A stretch of DNA of 61,645 nucleotides, the filler included, from Hausera hauseri (lineage: Eukaryota): NCBI GenBank assembly GCA_046269625.1. It is 11 parts of 11 records of this genome, joined end to end, with 100 filler letters (N's around TTAATTAATTAA, not from the genome) between each part and the next. Parts side by side here need not be neighbours in the genome. Positions count along the whole stretch, not along the records: positions 50,445 to 56,798 come from JBJURY010108653.1; positions 56,899 to 61,645 come from JBJURY010451579.1; 9 more parts are not named here. One strand, 5' to 3'. The notes beneath the pieces are model-generated. The model did no database searches and was not told where the DNA came from. It saw only the letters and a list, made by a program, of their open reading frames with translations. This document shows, piece by piece, positions 50,345-61,645 of this stretch (position 1 is the stretch's first letter; every line of letters begins with the position of its first letter). The position numbers and the translations under genes were made by a program.

Positions 50345-51670
50345 NNNNNNNNNNNNNNNNNNNNNNNNNNNNNNNNNNNNNNNNNNNNTTAATTAATTAA
50401 NNNNNNNNNNNNNNNNNNNNNNNNNNNNNNNNNNNNNNNNNNNNCAATCTGCCGCAGAAATTCCTTTGTTCACAACCGAAATTTAAACAAATTCTTTCGC
50501 GCCAAATTCAAATTTTTACACGTACCTAAAATCCATACAGTACGCGTGCTTGTGTGTATCCACTTTCTGACTGTGTGTCTCCTATCTCAGCCCTATTAAC
50601 CGTGCGTGCGTGTATCGTTTTGTCTACCCCATGATTCATCCGCGAACCAAAAAAGAATTTTCTTCCCCCGGGAGGGGGCTTGGGGTCATGCGCTCACATC
50701 TACCTACTGGTAGCCAACAACGGGTGCAACAAGCACAGATTTTAAGGCGGCGAGTAGCTTTAATGCAACGTAAAATACATGGCGACCAATTGTTTCCTAC
50801 TCCATTGAATTCACTACCGCAGACTTGAAAATTCTGTAAATAAACCATCTATGAATAATGACGATAATACATGCAATAATGACTTTTCTAAGCAGAAACC
50901 AATGCCTTCAAATATTATTCCCCCAACATTTCAATCTCAAAAATCTCAAATTAAAAATATTTATTCTAATAATGTTAATAGTACATTAAATACCGCTACC
51001 CCAAATTACTTTACTAATCTGAAAACAGCTACGGATGAAAATGTGCGTGAAGATTTTATCAAAAATTTCAACGACTGGCTTGACACATCCAAACAAAGTC
51101 ATTGTCAATCCTCCATTTCAAAACATCCAGTCTGTCAGTGACGACTATATGAGATCAACGAGATTATTTAACAATAATCCTGTGTACATCGCACCTATTC
51201 CACAACAATTACATCCCACTCAAACAGCAAATTCGCTGTTTAATTATCCGAAACAAAGCAATCCTCAATCTGTCAAAGCTGTTCAGGAGTTAGCGAAATC
51301 AGTTCATTTGATGCAAAAACCTCTGGAACGATTTCCAGAGTTGCTATCAATAAAAAAAATTATATTAGATGTATGCATATCGTTACTCCATTATTTATAA
51401 TGCGAAACGACTCTATCAGTGAGAGAGTTGTCAATCATTTGGGTGAGAAGTCGAGGGTGACCGTCAACGCTTCACTGCATCCCCTTTCTCTTCTTATTTT
51501 TGCCCATAACAAACATGTACACACACTAAGTGTTGCATGCAAACATATGGCGCACATCCTTTATTCTGCATTGTCTTCCTTTTTCGGCTCCTCCGACTTT
51601 TATTGCACTCACAATGGCTTGACTCTGTTACATTCTGATTCTGTCATCTTTTGCATCCGGGAAACATTCA

Positions 51671-52690
51671 ATGATATTCACTGTCTATTTTCGCATTCGT
51701 GATGTATCAGACCCTGACCCTTCTGCCGAAAATTTAACCAAAACCAGATATGGTAGTCGTCCTGCCGACCCCACACCAAGTACATCTCCAAATCTACATT
51801 GCACAGATTTTCTTCTTGATAAAACCAATTCTAGTCGCACTTGGTTACAGTTTCATTTGCAATGGCTTAAAGCCAATTATATCACAGACTCCTTTTTGCT
51901 GGCGAAAAGTTTGCTGCTACTACTGCCAGCTAACATCAAGCAGAAAATCAAGAATCTTGCTGACATACTTACTTCTTCAAGCCCATATGACATGCTTTAT
52001 GAATCAGTTCTGAATATCACCGACTCTTCCATTGGCAGCATAATTCAAAAATACTTCAATGAGCATGCCATCGAAAATCAAAATCCATCGGACTTCCGGA
52101 AAACTGCTATCTCTGAACTGAGTTCCTTAGGCGTCACTTCAATAAACAATGCCGATCTTCTTCATCGGTATTTTCTTTCATCGTTGTCAACTTCCATCAG
52201 GGCGCTGCTCACTGTAGTAGATGACTCTGCTGCCCTTGAAAAACTCGCCTTATTGGCAGACCAAAGTTTTGACATTTTGCAGTCTAATAATCCACAACCA
52301 GTAGCTGCAGCAATCGCTTACACAACTTTATACACCGAGAACACTTCATTTTCACAACAATTTCAATTGATACAGCGACAGTTTGACGAGTTACAGCAGT
52401 CGATTTAGCCATTACTACCCAGCTAAATAATCTTAATAAGCCTTGACGAGGCAAAACCAGACCTTTAAGGGAGAAAATCACTTTCAGACACTGCTCGATC
52501 CATTTCATCAGGCCGACGCATGACTTGTTTTTATCACACGCGATTTTGAAGGGATGCTAGGAAGTGTTTTTTGGGTTGTTGGTTGTACAGCGAATGGTAC
52601 GCTATGGACAACCCCATTTGTGTCTATCACAATAAATTTCAGTCACGGACTAGATCATGTGTGCTTGTTTGTAAACATTATAAAAAGAAT
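51671..52690 (+). pseudogene. gag: gag of a CsRn1/Kabuki-like Gypsy element with two CHCC knuckles
   Basis: PYDMLYESVL..QNPSDF..LALLAD; then CFYHTRF*RDARKC..C and CVYHNKFQSRTRSCVLVC. Confidence 0.75.
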
Positions 52691-52849
52691 TTTAGTTTCT
52701 TCTTCTTCGCATCCTCGCACTCACCATTCCTCTTCTTTCTCCAAACAAGTCTTAAAAAACCAATAATGCAACCAGATGCCACGGTACATTTTGGTGCAGG
52801 TAATATTATTCAATCTTCTGGCCGTTTCAACACCGCCTCTGAAGTTTTT

Positions 52850-55800
52850 TTGCTGAAAGCTGATTTGTTATTGGGAGACACATCACACATATACTTTCTT
52901 ATTGATTCAGGAGCTGCCTTTTCACCTATCCCTTTGCCCTTAGCTCCTACATTCAACACAGTTCTCTCTCCTCCAGTTTTCACTGCCTGTGGTCAACCCT
53001 TGAACATTGTACGTACCATAAAGCTGTCCGTCACATTCTACAATCTACCAGGGAAATTCTCTTTGTAACTTCACATAGCCAATATCAGATCGCCCATTAT
53101 AGGATCTCCGTTGCAAATACCAACAAATGCTTACCAGACGACCAGTCGTACACCTTGTCTTCCTCCATTCATTCAAATGTCAATTTGACATGCTGTTTAT
53201 CGGCTGAAAACACACTTAATAATTCATCAATATTTTCAATCTCGTCAAGTGGGACAAATAAATGTTGAAACAATCGGCTGAACCAAATGTCGTTAATAAA
53301 GTATTCAGTGATTCTACATCAATTGCAGACACTGACTAATTTAGTGATATGCCTTCATCATTCTTATCGTTGGGTTCTGATCTTAAATACCATATCAAAG
53401 CTTCTTGTTTCCTCATTCTCAAGAAGGACGTAAATTTCCAGCCGCATTCTACAACTTATCACAACATAGTCACTGAACACCAAAGACCTATCAGACAAAA
53501 GGTAAGGCCATTGTCGCCTCGCAGACGAAAAGCCGTTGAATCAGAGTTTAATGAACTCGAAAAGGCTGGCATAATTCGAAGATCCAAATCACCATGGGCT
53601 TCACCATTGCATGTAATAACAAAGAAAGATGGCACTTACAGACCATGCGGTGACTATTGTCAGTGAAATAATCTAACAGCCTTGTATTCCTAACCTCTAC
53701 CTCTCATAAAGAACATTCTGAATAGTCTTACCAACACTAACACGTACTCCACAACTGACATGCACAAAGCATTTCATCAAATTCCGGTTGCACCTGATGA
53801 TATTGCAAAAACTGCTCTTATCACTCCATTTGGCCTCTACGAATATATCTTCATGCCATTTGGTTTACGCAGTGCTTTCCAAACTTTCCAACAGCACATT
53901 GATACCGTACTCTCGGGTCTGGACTTCGCTCATCCATACACTGATGACATATTAGTTGCCTCTACGTCTGCAAAGCAACATCAAAAGCACCTTAGCATTA
54001 TCTTTCACAGACTACATAACAGTAATTTTCAAGTCAACTTTTCCAAGTGTCATTTTTTTCAAAAACGTGTAAATTTCCTAGGTCACGTAATCACGCCTCA
54101 CGGCCACTCTCCACAACCGGATCGACTGCAACAATTGAAGAACGTAATTCTATCAACGACTACCACGGACATGATAAGCTTCTTAGGCACACTCCACGTC
54201 GTCCACAAATATATACATCATTGTTCTGAGCTCACAGCACCTTTTGCACATTTACCATCCGGAGAAAAGAGGCAGTTGATTCACTGGACTCCTGATTTCA
54301 TCACTACGTTTGACCACTTACGCGATGGCCTAAAAGCTGTCGAAATACTGGCATATCCAAAGCCCAACGCAGATCTTATATTTACCACCGATGCCTTGAC
54401 CATAGCATTTGGTGAGATATTACACCAAATATACAATGGCGTCGATGAACCATTAGAATTCTATTCCAAAAAGCTCACGCAACCCGAAAGCCGTTATTCA
54501 ACATATGATCGTGAGTTACTCGCCATTATTCTGGCAGTAAAACATTTTAAACATCGACTTATATCTCGTCCATTTGTCATTCAAACTGATCACAAGCCTC
54601 TCCTGCACATTATATCATTAAAACAGCCATCACCGAGGCAAGAGCGACATATATCATACCTGTCTACGTTCAGCTTTGTTTTGGAATATATATCAGGCAC
54701 AGATAATCTGGTAGCAGATTTTTTATTGAGGTCGGCTGGGTCCATCACAGTTAAACCGATTTTCTCATCCGAAGTGTTAAAGGAAAATCTACCGTCTGCT
54801 GCCCTCCTTAGTTCCTTCAAATCTTTCGAGATCATCGATGGCATCGCTTATGATACGTCGAACATAGGTAATAAAAAGATCATTCTAGCACCACCTTTAC
54901 AAAAGCCAGCTTTTGTTCATACGCATCCACTCCATCATCCAGGTTCGAAAGCAACCTTTCGCTTGCTTAAACGTCATGTAATATGGCCGTCAATGAGCAG
55001 ATATGTACAGGGCTGGGTTAAGGAATGTGTAGCCTGTCAAAAATATAAAATCAGCAAACATCTTAAACCGCCACTGTACCATTTTCCCTGTACATCACGT
55101 TTTCATACAGTTCATCTTGATCTCGTTGGTTCTTTACCTTCAGACAACGGATATCAACATATACTTACCATGACGGATCGTGCTTCTAGCTGGCCTGAAG
55201 CCGTTCCTCTTCATTCAACAAACGTTGATTCAGTTGCAGACGCCTTCATAAAAATCTGGATCAGTCGTTTTGGTTCCCCACGTTATATAATAACGGAACA
55301 AGGTTTACAATTTGAGTCGGGATTTTTCAAATCACTTGTCAAACGCTTGTGAATATCCAATTTTCATACTACACCATATCATCCTCAAGCAAATGGCCTT
55401 CTTGAAAGGTTCCATCGAACAATAAAAGTTTCCTTAAAAATCTTGGCTGACACTCGTGGTAATTGAACGTCCATTCTACCATTTGTTCTACTAGCTTGGC
55501 GCAACACACCCCCTACCACTACCGGTTGTGCTCCAGCCGAAGCACTCTTTGGGAATTCAATTCAGGCCTCATTTGAGCTTTCCGATCTCGACGACAAACC
55601 CACAGACGAAAATATTCGTGCAGCACAATCTTATTTCGTCGAGTTCAGCTCAGACTCGTTCTGCCGTCTTTTCAACAATAAGAAATCGTACATTCCCAAG
55701 GATTTATACTCGGCCAAGTTTGTCAGGCTGAAGGTTAGTCGCCTTCAGGCTTTAGACCTAAATATGTTGGCTCATACAAACTGTAAAATCTTTCATCTCA

Positions 55801-55875
55801 CGCAGCTGCCGTTTTACGTCAAGATAAACCTTATAACGTCCACATTTCGATTTTGAAGCCAGCTTTCTTCATTGA
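52850..55875 (+). pseudogene. pol: Ty3/Gypsy pol (PR-RT-RH-IN), CsRn1-like
   Basis: FLIDSGA; SPWASPLH..YRPCGDY; KAFHQIPV..MPFGL..YTDDILVAS; TTDA..YSTYDRELLA..TDHKPL; HHPG..CVAC; HLDLVG..WPEAVP..QGLQFES..YHPQANGLLERFHR. Confidence 0.95.
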
Positions 55876-56304
55876 CGACAATCCGAATGCCAATGCTACC
55901 ACCAATTCAAACTCAATTCCGACTCATACCGATTTTATAAGCGATCTTGCGCCATTGCAGCAATCACCGTTCGATCACACTAAATCATCATCATTTCCTC
56001 CAGTCGTCGCGCATCCTTCTCCTCCATCATGCACACTAAATTCTTCACTTCCCTTTTTGCTTGACTCTTCTTCACTATCATCTCCATCACAAAATATCAC
56101 TCAACAATTCATCACAAATCCATCAAGTAAGCTACGCAGAGTGACATTTAATACGTACGGCAGAGAAAAGTTCTTTGATGGCACTCAACTCCTGACCCTT
56201 ACTAAAACCGAATAGGCACCGAACATTGTTCCTTTTTCGACTCATAGTTTTCATTTATCTAATATTCATCATTTTTTTCGCCTTCACTTTGCTTCTTCTC
56301 TGCC

Positions 56305-56345
56305 ACGGGCTGGAGTAATGTGGTGCCGCGGTTTCGGTTGCAGCT
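56305..56345 (+). mobile_element. PPT and start of 3' LTR (TGTGG at 56319); LTR end not determined
   Basis: GGGCTGGAGTAA followed by TGTGGTG downstream of pol. Confidence 0.45.
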
Positions 56346-56898
56346 CATGTCCTATCAATACCCAAGGTTGACATGACTCAGACGATCTAAATGAAACAAA
56401 ACCGGCTAAACAGCTAATCAACAAGAACCCGCACATCACCTCAGAATTATCAATCACGTATTACAGTCAAAGAACGATCTGCTCCTATAACTAAACCACC
56501 ATGTCTCGTACAACAACGTTTTCCACTACTGCGTACAAACGAGAACAAGTATGTCACAGAAGACGGCGACACCTCCAGAGATTCAACAAAATTCAAATAC
56601 CATTAGTAAACCCCGAGAATCACTCACAAGTAACTCTTACAGGCAACTCGTATAAGTCGGACAGGCCGTAAACTTCACGAAATAGTACAGAATAGAATAC
56701 AATATTGAACAAGCTGTTGATTATATTCAAAGTGCAAATTAGACACTAAAAGGCAGTAAAATATCAGAGCGCAGCAAGGGAGATCAAAACTTCTGAAANN
56801 NNNNNNNNNNNNNNNNNNNNNNNNNNNNNNNNNNNNNNNNNNTTAATTAATTAANNNNNNNNNNNNNNNNNNNNNNNNNNNNNNNNNNNNNNNNNNNN

Positions 56899-59040
56899 CA
56901 TATGCCAATCGACAGTGCACAAGGTGCACAATCGATCGGTAATGTGTCAGGCAAAGGTACCGTTTCTAAGCACATTTCTGCACATTTCACAAATCAATAA
57001 CTGCATATTGCACTATTGATCAAATAGATTAGAACAAAGTGCTAATCGATAGTGCACATTAATATATAGCGATTGGTGCACTGTGCAAGTACACTGCACA
57101 TGTGCAATTATGCAAAAATCAATAATATCGGTTTCCCGATATTTCCAATATTCATGATTAGCACATGTGATCAGGTGCAATCGGTTGGAAATACGATGCA
57201 CTATACGAATGTGCAATTAGTATTTAAATCTATCGATTGATTTTCGAGTGTTATCGACTCGAAGGTGAGGTCGTGCAGACTTCCAACACGTTTTACTTGC
57301 CCTAAGGAGTGAAAATTCGATTCAACATTTAGCGGGGACATATAGGAAACCGAGTATGCAGATCTCGAATATCGAGTCCAATATTCGAAATTAGAACATT
57401 TTCCCCTTTGAATAGCGAACTTCGAACTTCTCGAAAATCTGACAACGGAATTCGATCCCTCATGTCCGAAAACCTCTTGATGCATTAAAGTTATTCCATG
57501 AAAATGTGCTACATAGGTACATAATCAATATTTCCAATTAAGCAAAATAGCGGGGCTGGATAGGAACCCACATGTAATGAATAGGAATATGATGTCAGAT
57601 ATTCGAATTCCAGCTTCCAAGTCGAGTATTTAGTTATTCGAACTCGAAAACTCGAGAAAGGGTGCATTATTCGAAGAATCTGATGGCTTTAACCGATTCT
57701 CCATGTGATAACAGGGCAATCAATATTGGTGCGGTGCAGTGCACCGCTGTATATTAAAACAGGGTTTAATAACAAGTAAAAAGTACATAAAAAGTACAAA
57801 GTAATTAAACGGTGCTTATTTTGACTGCACAATTGAGGAATGAAATTGGAGGTGAAGCACACTGAAATCAATAAATCTTTAAGCATACACAGATAGGAAA
57901 CAATATATGTAGAATCTGAATCCGATGTTAGATATTCGAAAACAAGTCGAAATTATCGATTTCGATATTCGAACTCGAATACTCGGTTAAGTGCGTATTA
58001 TTCGAAGAATCTGATTGCTTTAGTCGATTCGCCATATACGAAAACCTATTTAGCAATGGAAATTAGCGCGGTTCAGTGCACTGCGCTGTATTAAAACAAG
58101 GTTTAATAACAGGTGCATAATAAATACTATGTAATTCAATGGTGCTTGTTTTAATTAATTGAGTAATCTTAAAAGGTGAAATTGAAGGCGAAGCACACTG
58201 AAATTGATAAATCTAATAGCGCACACAGGTAGGAAACCATATATGAAGAATCCAAATATGATGTCAGATATTCGAATATCGGTTTACGAGTCGAATAGTT
58301 ACTGAATCGAACTCGAAGAATCAGTGAAGTGTGATTCAATCGATTCATTCAATGGTTTCAATTGATTCACCATATAGGAAAACCATATGTAGGGTAAAAA
58401 CGTGCGCAGCAATGTACGCAGCACGTTGCACATTAAATCAACATAATATAAGTCAATGGCTTTTTGTGTTGTTTCACTGTGAATTACAAGGAGATCAAAG
58501 TGAAAATCGATAAATCTTTAAGCAGGGATAGACAGAAAATCATGTATTGGAAATCCGAATGTGACGCTGGATGTTCAAAAAAATGTTCACACGTCGAGTA
58601 TTCATAGACTGGAATATTTGAAAATTGATAAAATCACGGTTTTATGTATGTAAACAAGATAATACCTTGAGTTTGTTAATCATTTTAATCACGTTTCAAA
58701 TTTTTCGAGGTAAAAACAAATTATTCAATTGATGCATTAAAACAAATGCACAAAGCGCAACACGATGACAATAAAATGCAACACGTTGGAAAGTTGTAAG
58801 GATTCATGTGTGTGTTTTAATATTGGAATTGGGGCGGCACGATGCCTCGTCTACTAAATAAACTTTTAAATTTTGCGGATAAAAAAAAATTATGCAAATG
58901 ATGCATTTAAACAAAAGATAATAAAATTAGGCTATAAATGCATTTAAACAAAATGCAGTGCCGAATTTACCCTACCGTTAAAACTATTTATTTTGCTTAC
59001 ATGTTTTTGTATTACTGCATCAATTATCAAATTAAACCTA
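56899..59040 (+). repeat. Terminal/subterminal region of a pPolB element with ~335-bp tandem units
   Basis: GATGT(C/T)AGATATTCGAA recurs at ~57591, 57924 and 58260; homologous to 60170-61645 and (reverse) 35940-36714; lies directly upstream of pPolB. Confidence 0.75.
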
Positions 59041-59134
59041 GAAAATATCTAACCGAGTCTTAAAATAGTGTAAACAAAAAGTGAAATACATAAAATTGAC
59101 TATAATCGAAAATCATTATTTCAGAAAACCTTTT

Positions 59135-60049
59135 AACCAATTAGAGAAGGCTCTTATATAGAGCTTCCTGAATGGATTGAGCAGAAAGCACCATGCATCA
59201 ATGTGAAAAATAAAGACAGCATGTTCTTCAAGTACGCGATTCTCTCCAAATATGTAAAGGATCAAAAGCAAGCTTTTCAAGTTTCAGTATATCAAAACAT
59301 GAAGCATAATTACGATTTCAATTGTATTGAATTCCCGCCAGAAATATATGGCATCAAAAGATTTGAACGAGTTAATCGGATGTCCATCAATATCTTCGGG
59401 GTGGATAAAACGGATAAATTCTATCCTTTTACATATATGCAAAGAGGAATTGGAGGACCATAGGGATCTGCTGACATTACATGATGGTGAAAAGAGGCAT
59501 TTCACCTGGATCAAGAACCTTAGTCGTCTCATCAGATCGGAAATAACAAAAATGGACATAGAGTTGTGATGTGTAAAAGATATTTATCACATTTTGGTGA
59601 TGAATCTGTTGTGGAAGAGTTAAAGGAGCATAAAATTTTTGTAACAGCAATTATTATATAAGACCTGAATTTCATAAGGAGGACTATATAGATTTCAAAG
59701 AGGTTGAAGAACAGCAGAAAGTATCCATTGTAGTATATTGCGACTTTGAGGCTATTCTCCGGCCAGTAAAGAGCTGCAATCTGAATCCGCAAAAAAGTAA
59801 TACGACAGCGTACCAAGATCATGAGCTGTCGTCATATTGCATGTGTGCAAAAGGACTGGACAAGGAGCCAAATTTATATAGGAGTCTAGATGCAGCAGTA
59901 CACTTCATGAAGAGATTAGAAAACTTAGCCCACAAGGTTAAAATAATGTTGCAGCAGCATAAATATTGTATGTTTATATAACAGGAAGAAGAAGGTGAAT
60001 GAAGAAAGGCAACAATCTGCTACTTGTTTAAAAAATCATTCTCAAAGGA
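59135..60049 (+). pseudogene. pPolB N-terminal fragment (third copy), truncated by insertion at 60050
   Basis: GSYIELPEWI..CINVKNKDS..YAILSK; EELEDHRDLL..WIKNLSRL; CDFEAIL; HELSSYCM; ends SFSKE. Confidence 0.85.
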
Positions 60050-61645
60050 AGTAGGTAGATGTGAGGACATGAGGCCACCACACCCCCCCAGGGAAGAAAA
60101 GTACGTAGTGTGAAAATGGAGGTTCTGCCCCACCCGGGGGGGAGAGTAATCGATAATTCCGTTTTGCACAAGTGCCAATCGATAGTGCACACTGTACATT
60201 ATCGATCCAAAAAGTGCCTAGCAAAGGTGCCGTTAGGCACCGTTGCTATCACAATTTTTGCACTTTTCACAAATCGATCGCTGAACAGTGCACTATTGAC
60301 CCAATTGATCGGAACAACCTGCGTATCGACAGTGCACATCAGTGAACATCGATTAGTGCAAATACAAGTGTGCAACACATGTGAAAGTGTGCAAAAATCA
60401 GTAATATTGGATTTCCGATAAATCAAAAAGTGCTGATTAGCACTCGGACCGGATGCAATCGGTAGTGCACACGATGTTGTATGTGAATGTACAGTTAGAA
60501 TTTAAATCGATATATTGGTTTTCGAATAATTCGCAAGTGGGACCGAACTGCCATAGGCCTTTCCACCATAAATTTTAAATTAATGATATGAATATAGCAC
60601 ATATACTGGCGTGTTCAATACTTGATGTAGTATGAAATGGTGCACTAATTGAGACTGGTGTGTTTATTGATCGGTGTGCATGAGTACTTTTTCACTTTGC
60701 GAACTTTTGCAATTGTGCAGCGCAGAGTTGATGGAAATGATCGGGATCAAGTACAGGTGGATAGAGCACCTCGAGATGCACCTTGATTTGTGGTGTGCAG
60801 TGCAAAATCATGTGTTCAAGTGTGCAAAAATCAATATTATCGAATTTTTGATATTTCGAATAAGGAAGTTTAGCACTCGGCACCAGGTGCAATCGGAAAC
60901 AAACACGGTGTAGTACATGAATGTGTAGTTGGAATTTAAATTAATCGATTAGTTATTGATTAATATCGATCGAAAGTGCAAATTGGTTATTTTTTCAACA
61001 TGTTTTATAAGCGTAGGGAAGCATAATTCGATACAATATTGAGCGGGGACAGGTAGGAACTCCAGTATGCCGAACTCGAATATCAAGATTAAAGTTCGAG
61101 ATTCGAAGATTTTGGAACTAGAATATTGAAGTTCGAACTATTCGAAAAATCTAACGGCGGTTATCGATTCCTCGTATTCGAAAAGCCCCATGTGCGTACA
61201 AATTATGTCATGAAAATGTACTATAGAGATACAAAATCAATATTTCGAATTAAGCAAAATGTGAACTTAAAGTGCAGTGAAGCGGAAATCAACAAATCTA
61301 ATAGCGGGGCTAAATAGGAAAGTATATGCGGAGAATCGGAATATGAAGTTAGATGATCGAAAAGAATATTTAAACTCGAAGAAATATCGATTCGAACTTG
61401 AATATTCGGTGAAGCGTGCATTATTCGAAGAAATTGATGGTGCCAATTGATTCGGCATGTAATAAAACCTATTCAAATCTGGCGCGAGCGATATTTTAAA
61501 TAATTTGATGCATTAAAACAAACTCATGATATTGACAAGAAATGGCATAAGTCCGTGACAAGTTCATGCATTAGATGCATTAAAACAAATGTACATTATA
61601 TATTGGCTATACAATATTCATTGCCGAATTTACCCCACCATTAAA
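60050..61645 (+). mobile_element. Left terminus of another copy of the pPolB element nested in pPolB
   Basis: Begins AGTAGGTAG (Polinton ends are typically AGT/AG-repeat-like), then a GC-run block, then sequence homologous to 56899-59000. Confidence 0.65.

Overview
AT-rich eukaryotic (invertebrate-like) DNA made of 11 contigs of about 4-10 kb, joined by identical 100-nt linkers (44 N + TTAATTAATTAA + 44 N), so adjacency across gaps may be artificial. It is mostly decayed, nested mobile elements. (1) Polinton/Maverick (adintovirus-like) copies: three protein-primed PolB remnants, packaging ATPase, rve-chromodomain integrase, two tandem penton paralogues, major capsid protein, adenain protease, small virion proteins, a TBP-like gene, a RING gene and palindrome-rich terminal repeats. 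(2) Several Ty3/Gypsy LTR elements: one has a chuvirus-type glycoprotein UPSTREAM of, and probably fused to, PR-RT-RH-IN, with PTAP and LYPx3L late-domain motifs in the linker; another has a long unknown ORF ending in a RING finger right at the PPT; a third is a CsRn1-like element. (3) A mariner remnant, MITEs, a Helitron end and a few host-like exons (one Nemo-like kinase-like). All calls come from by-eye motif recognition; no database searches were run.
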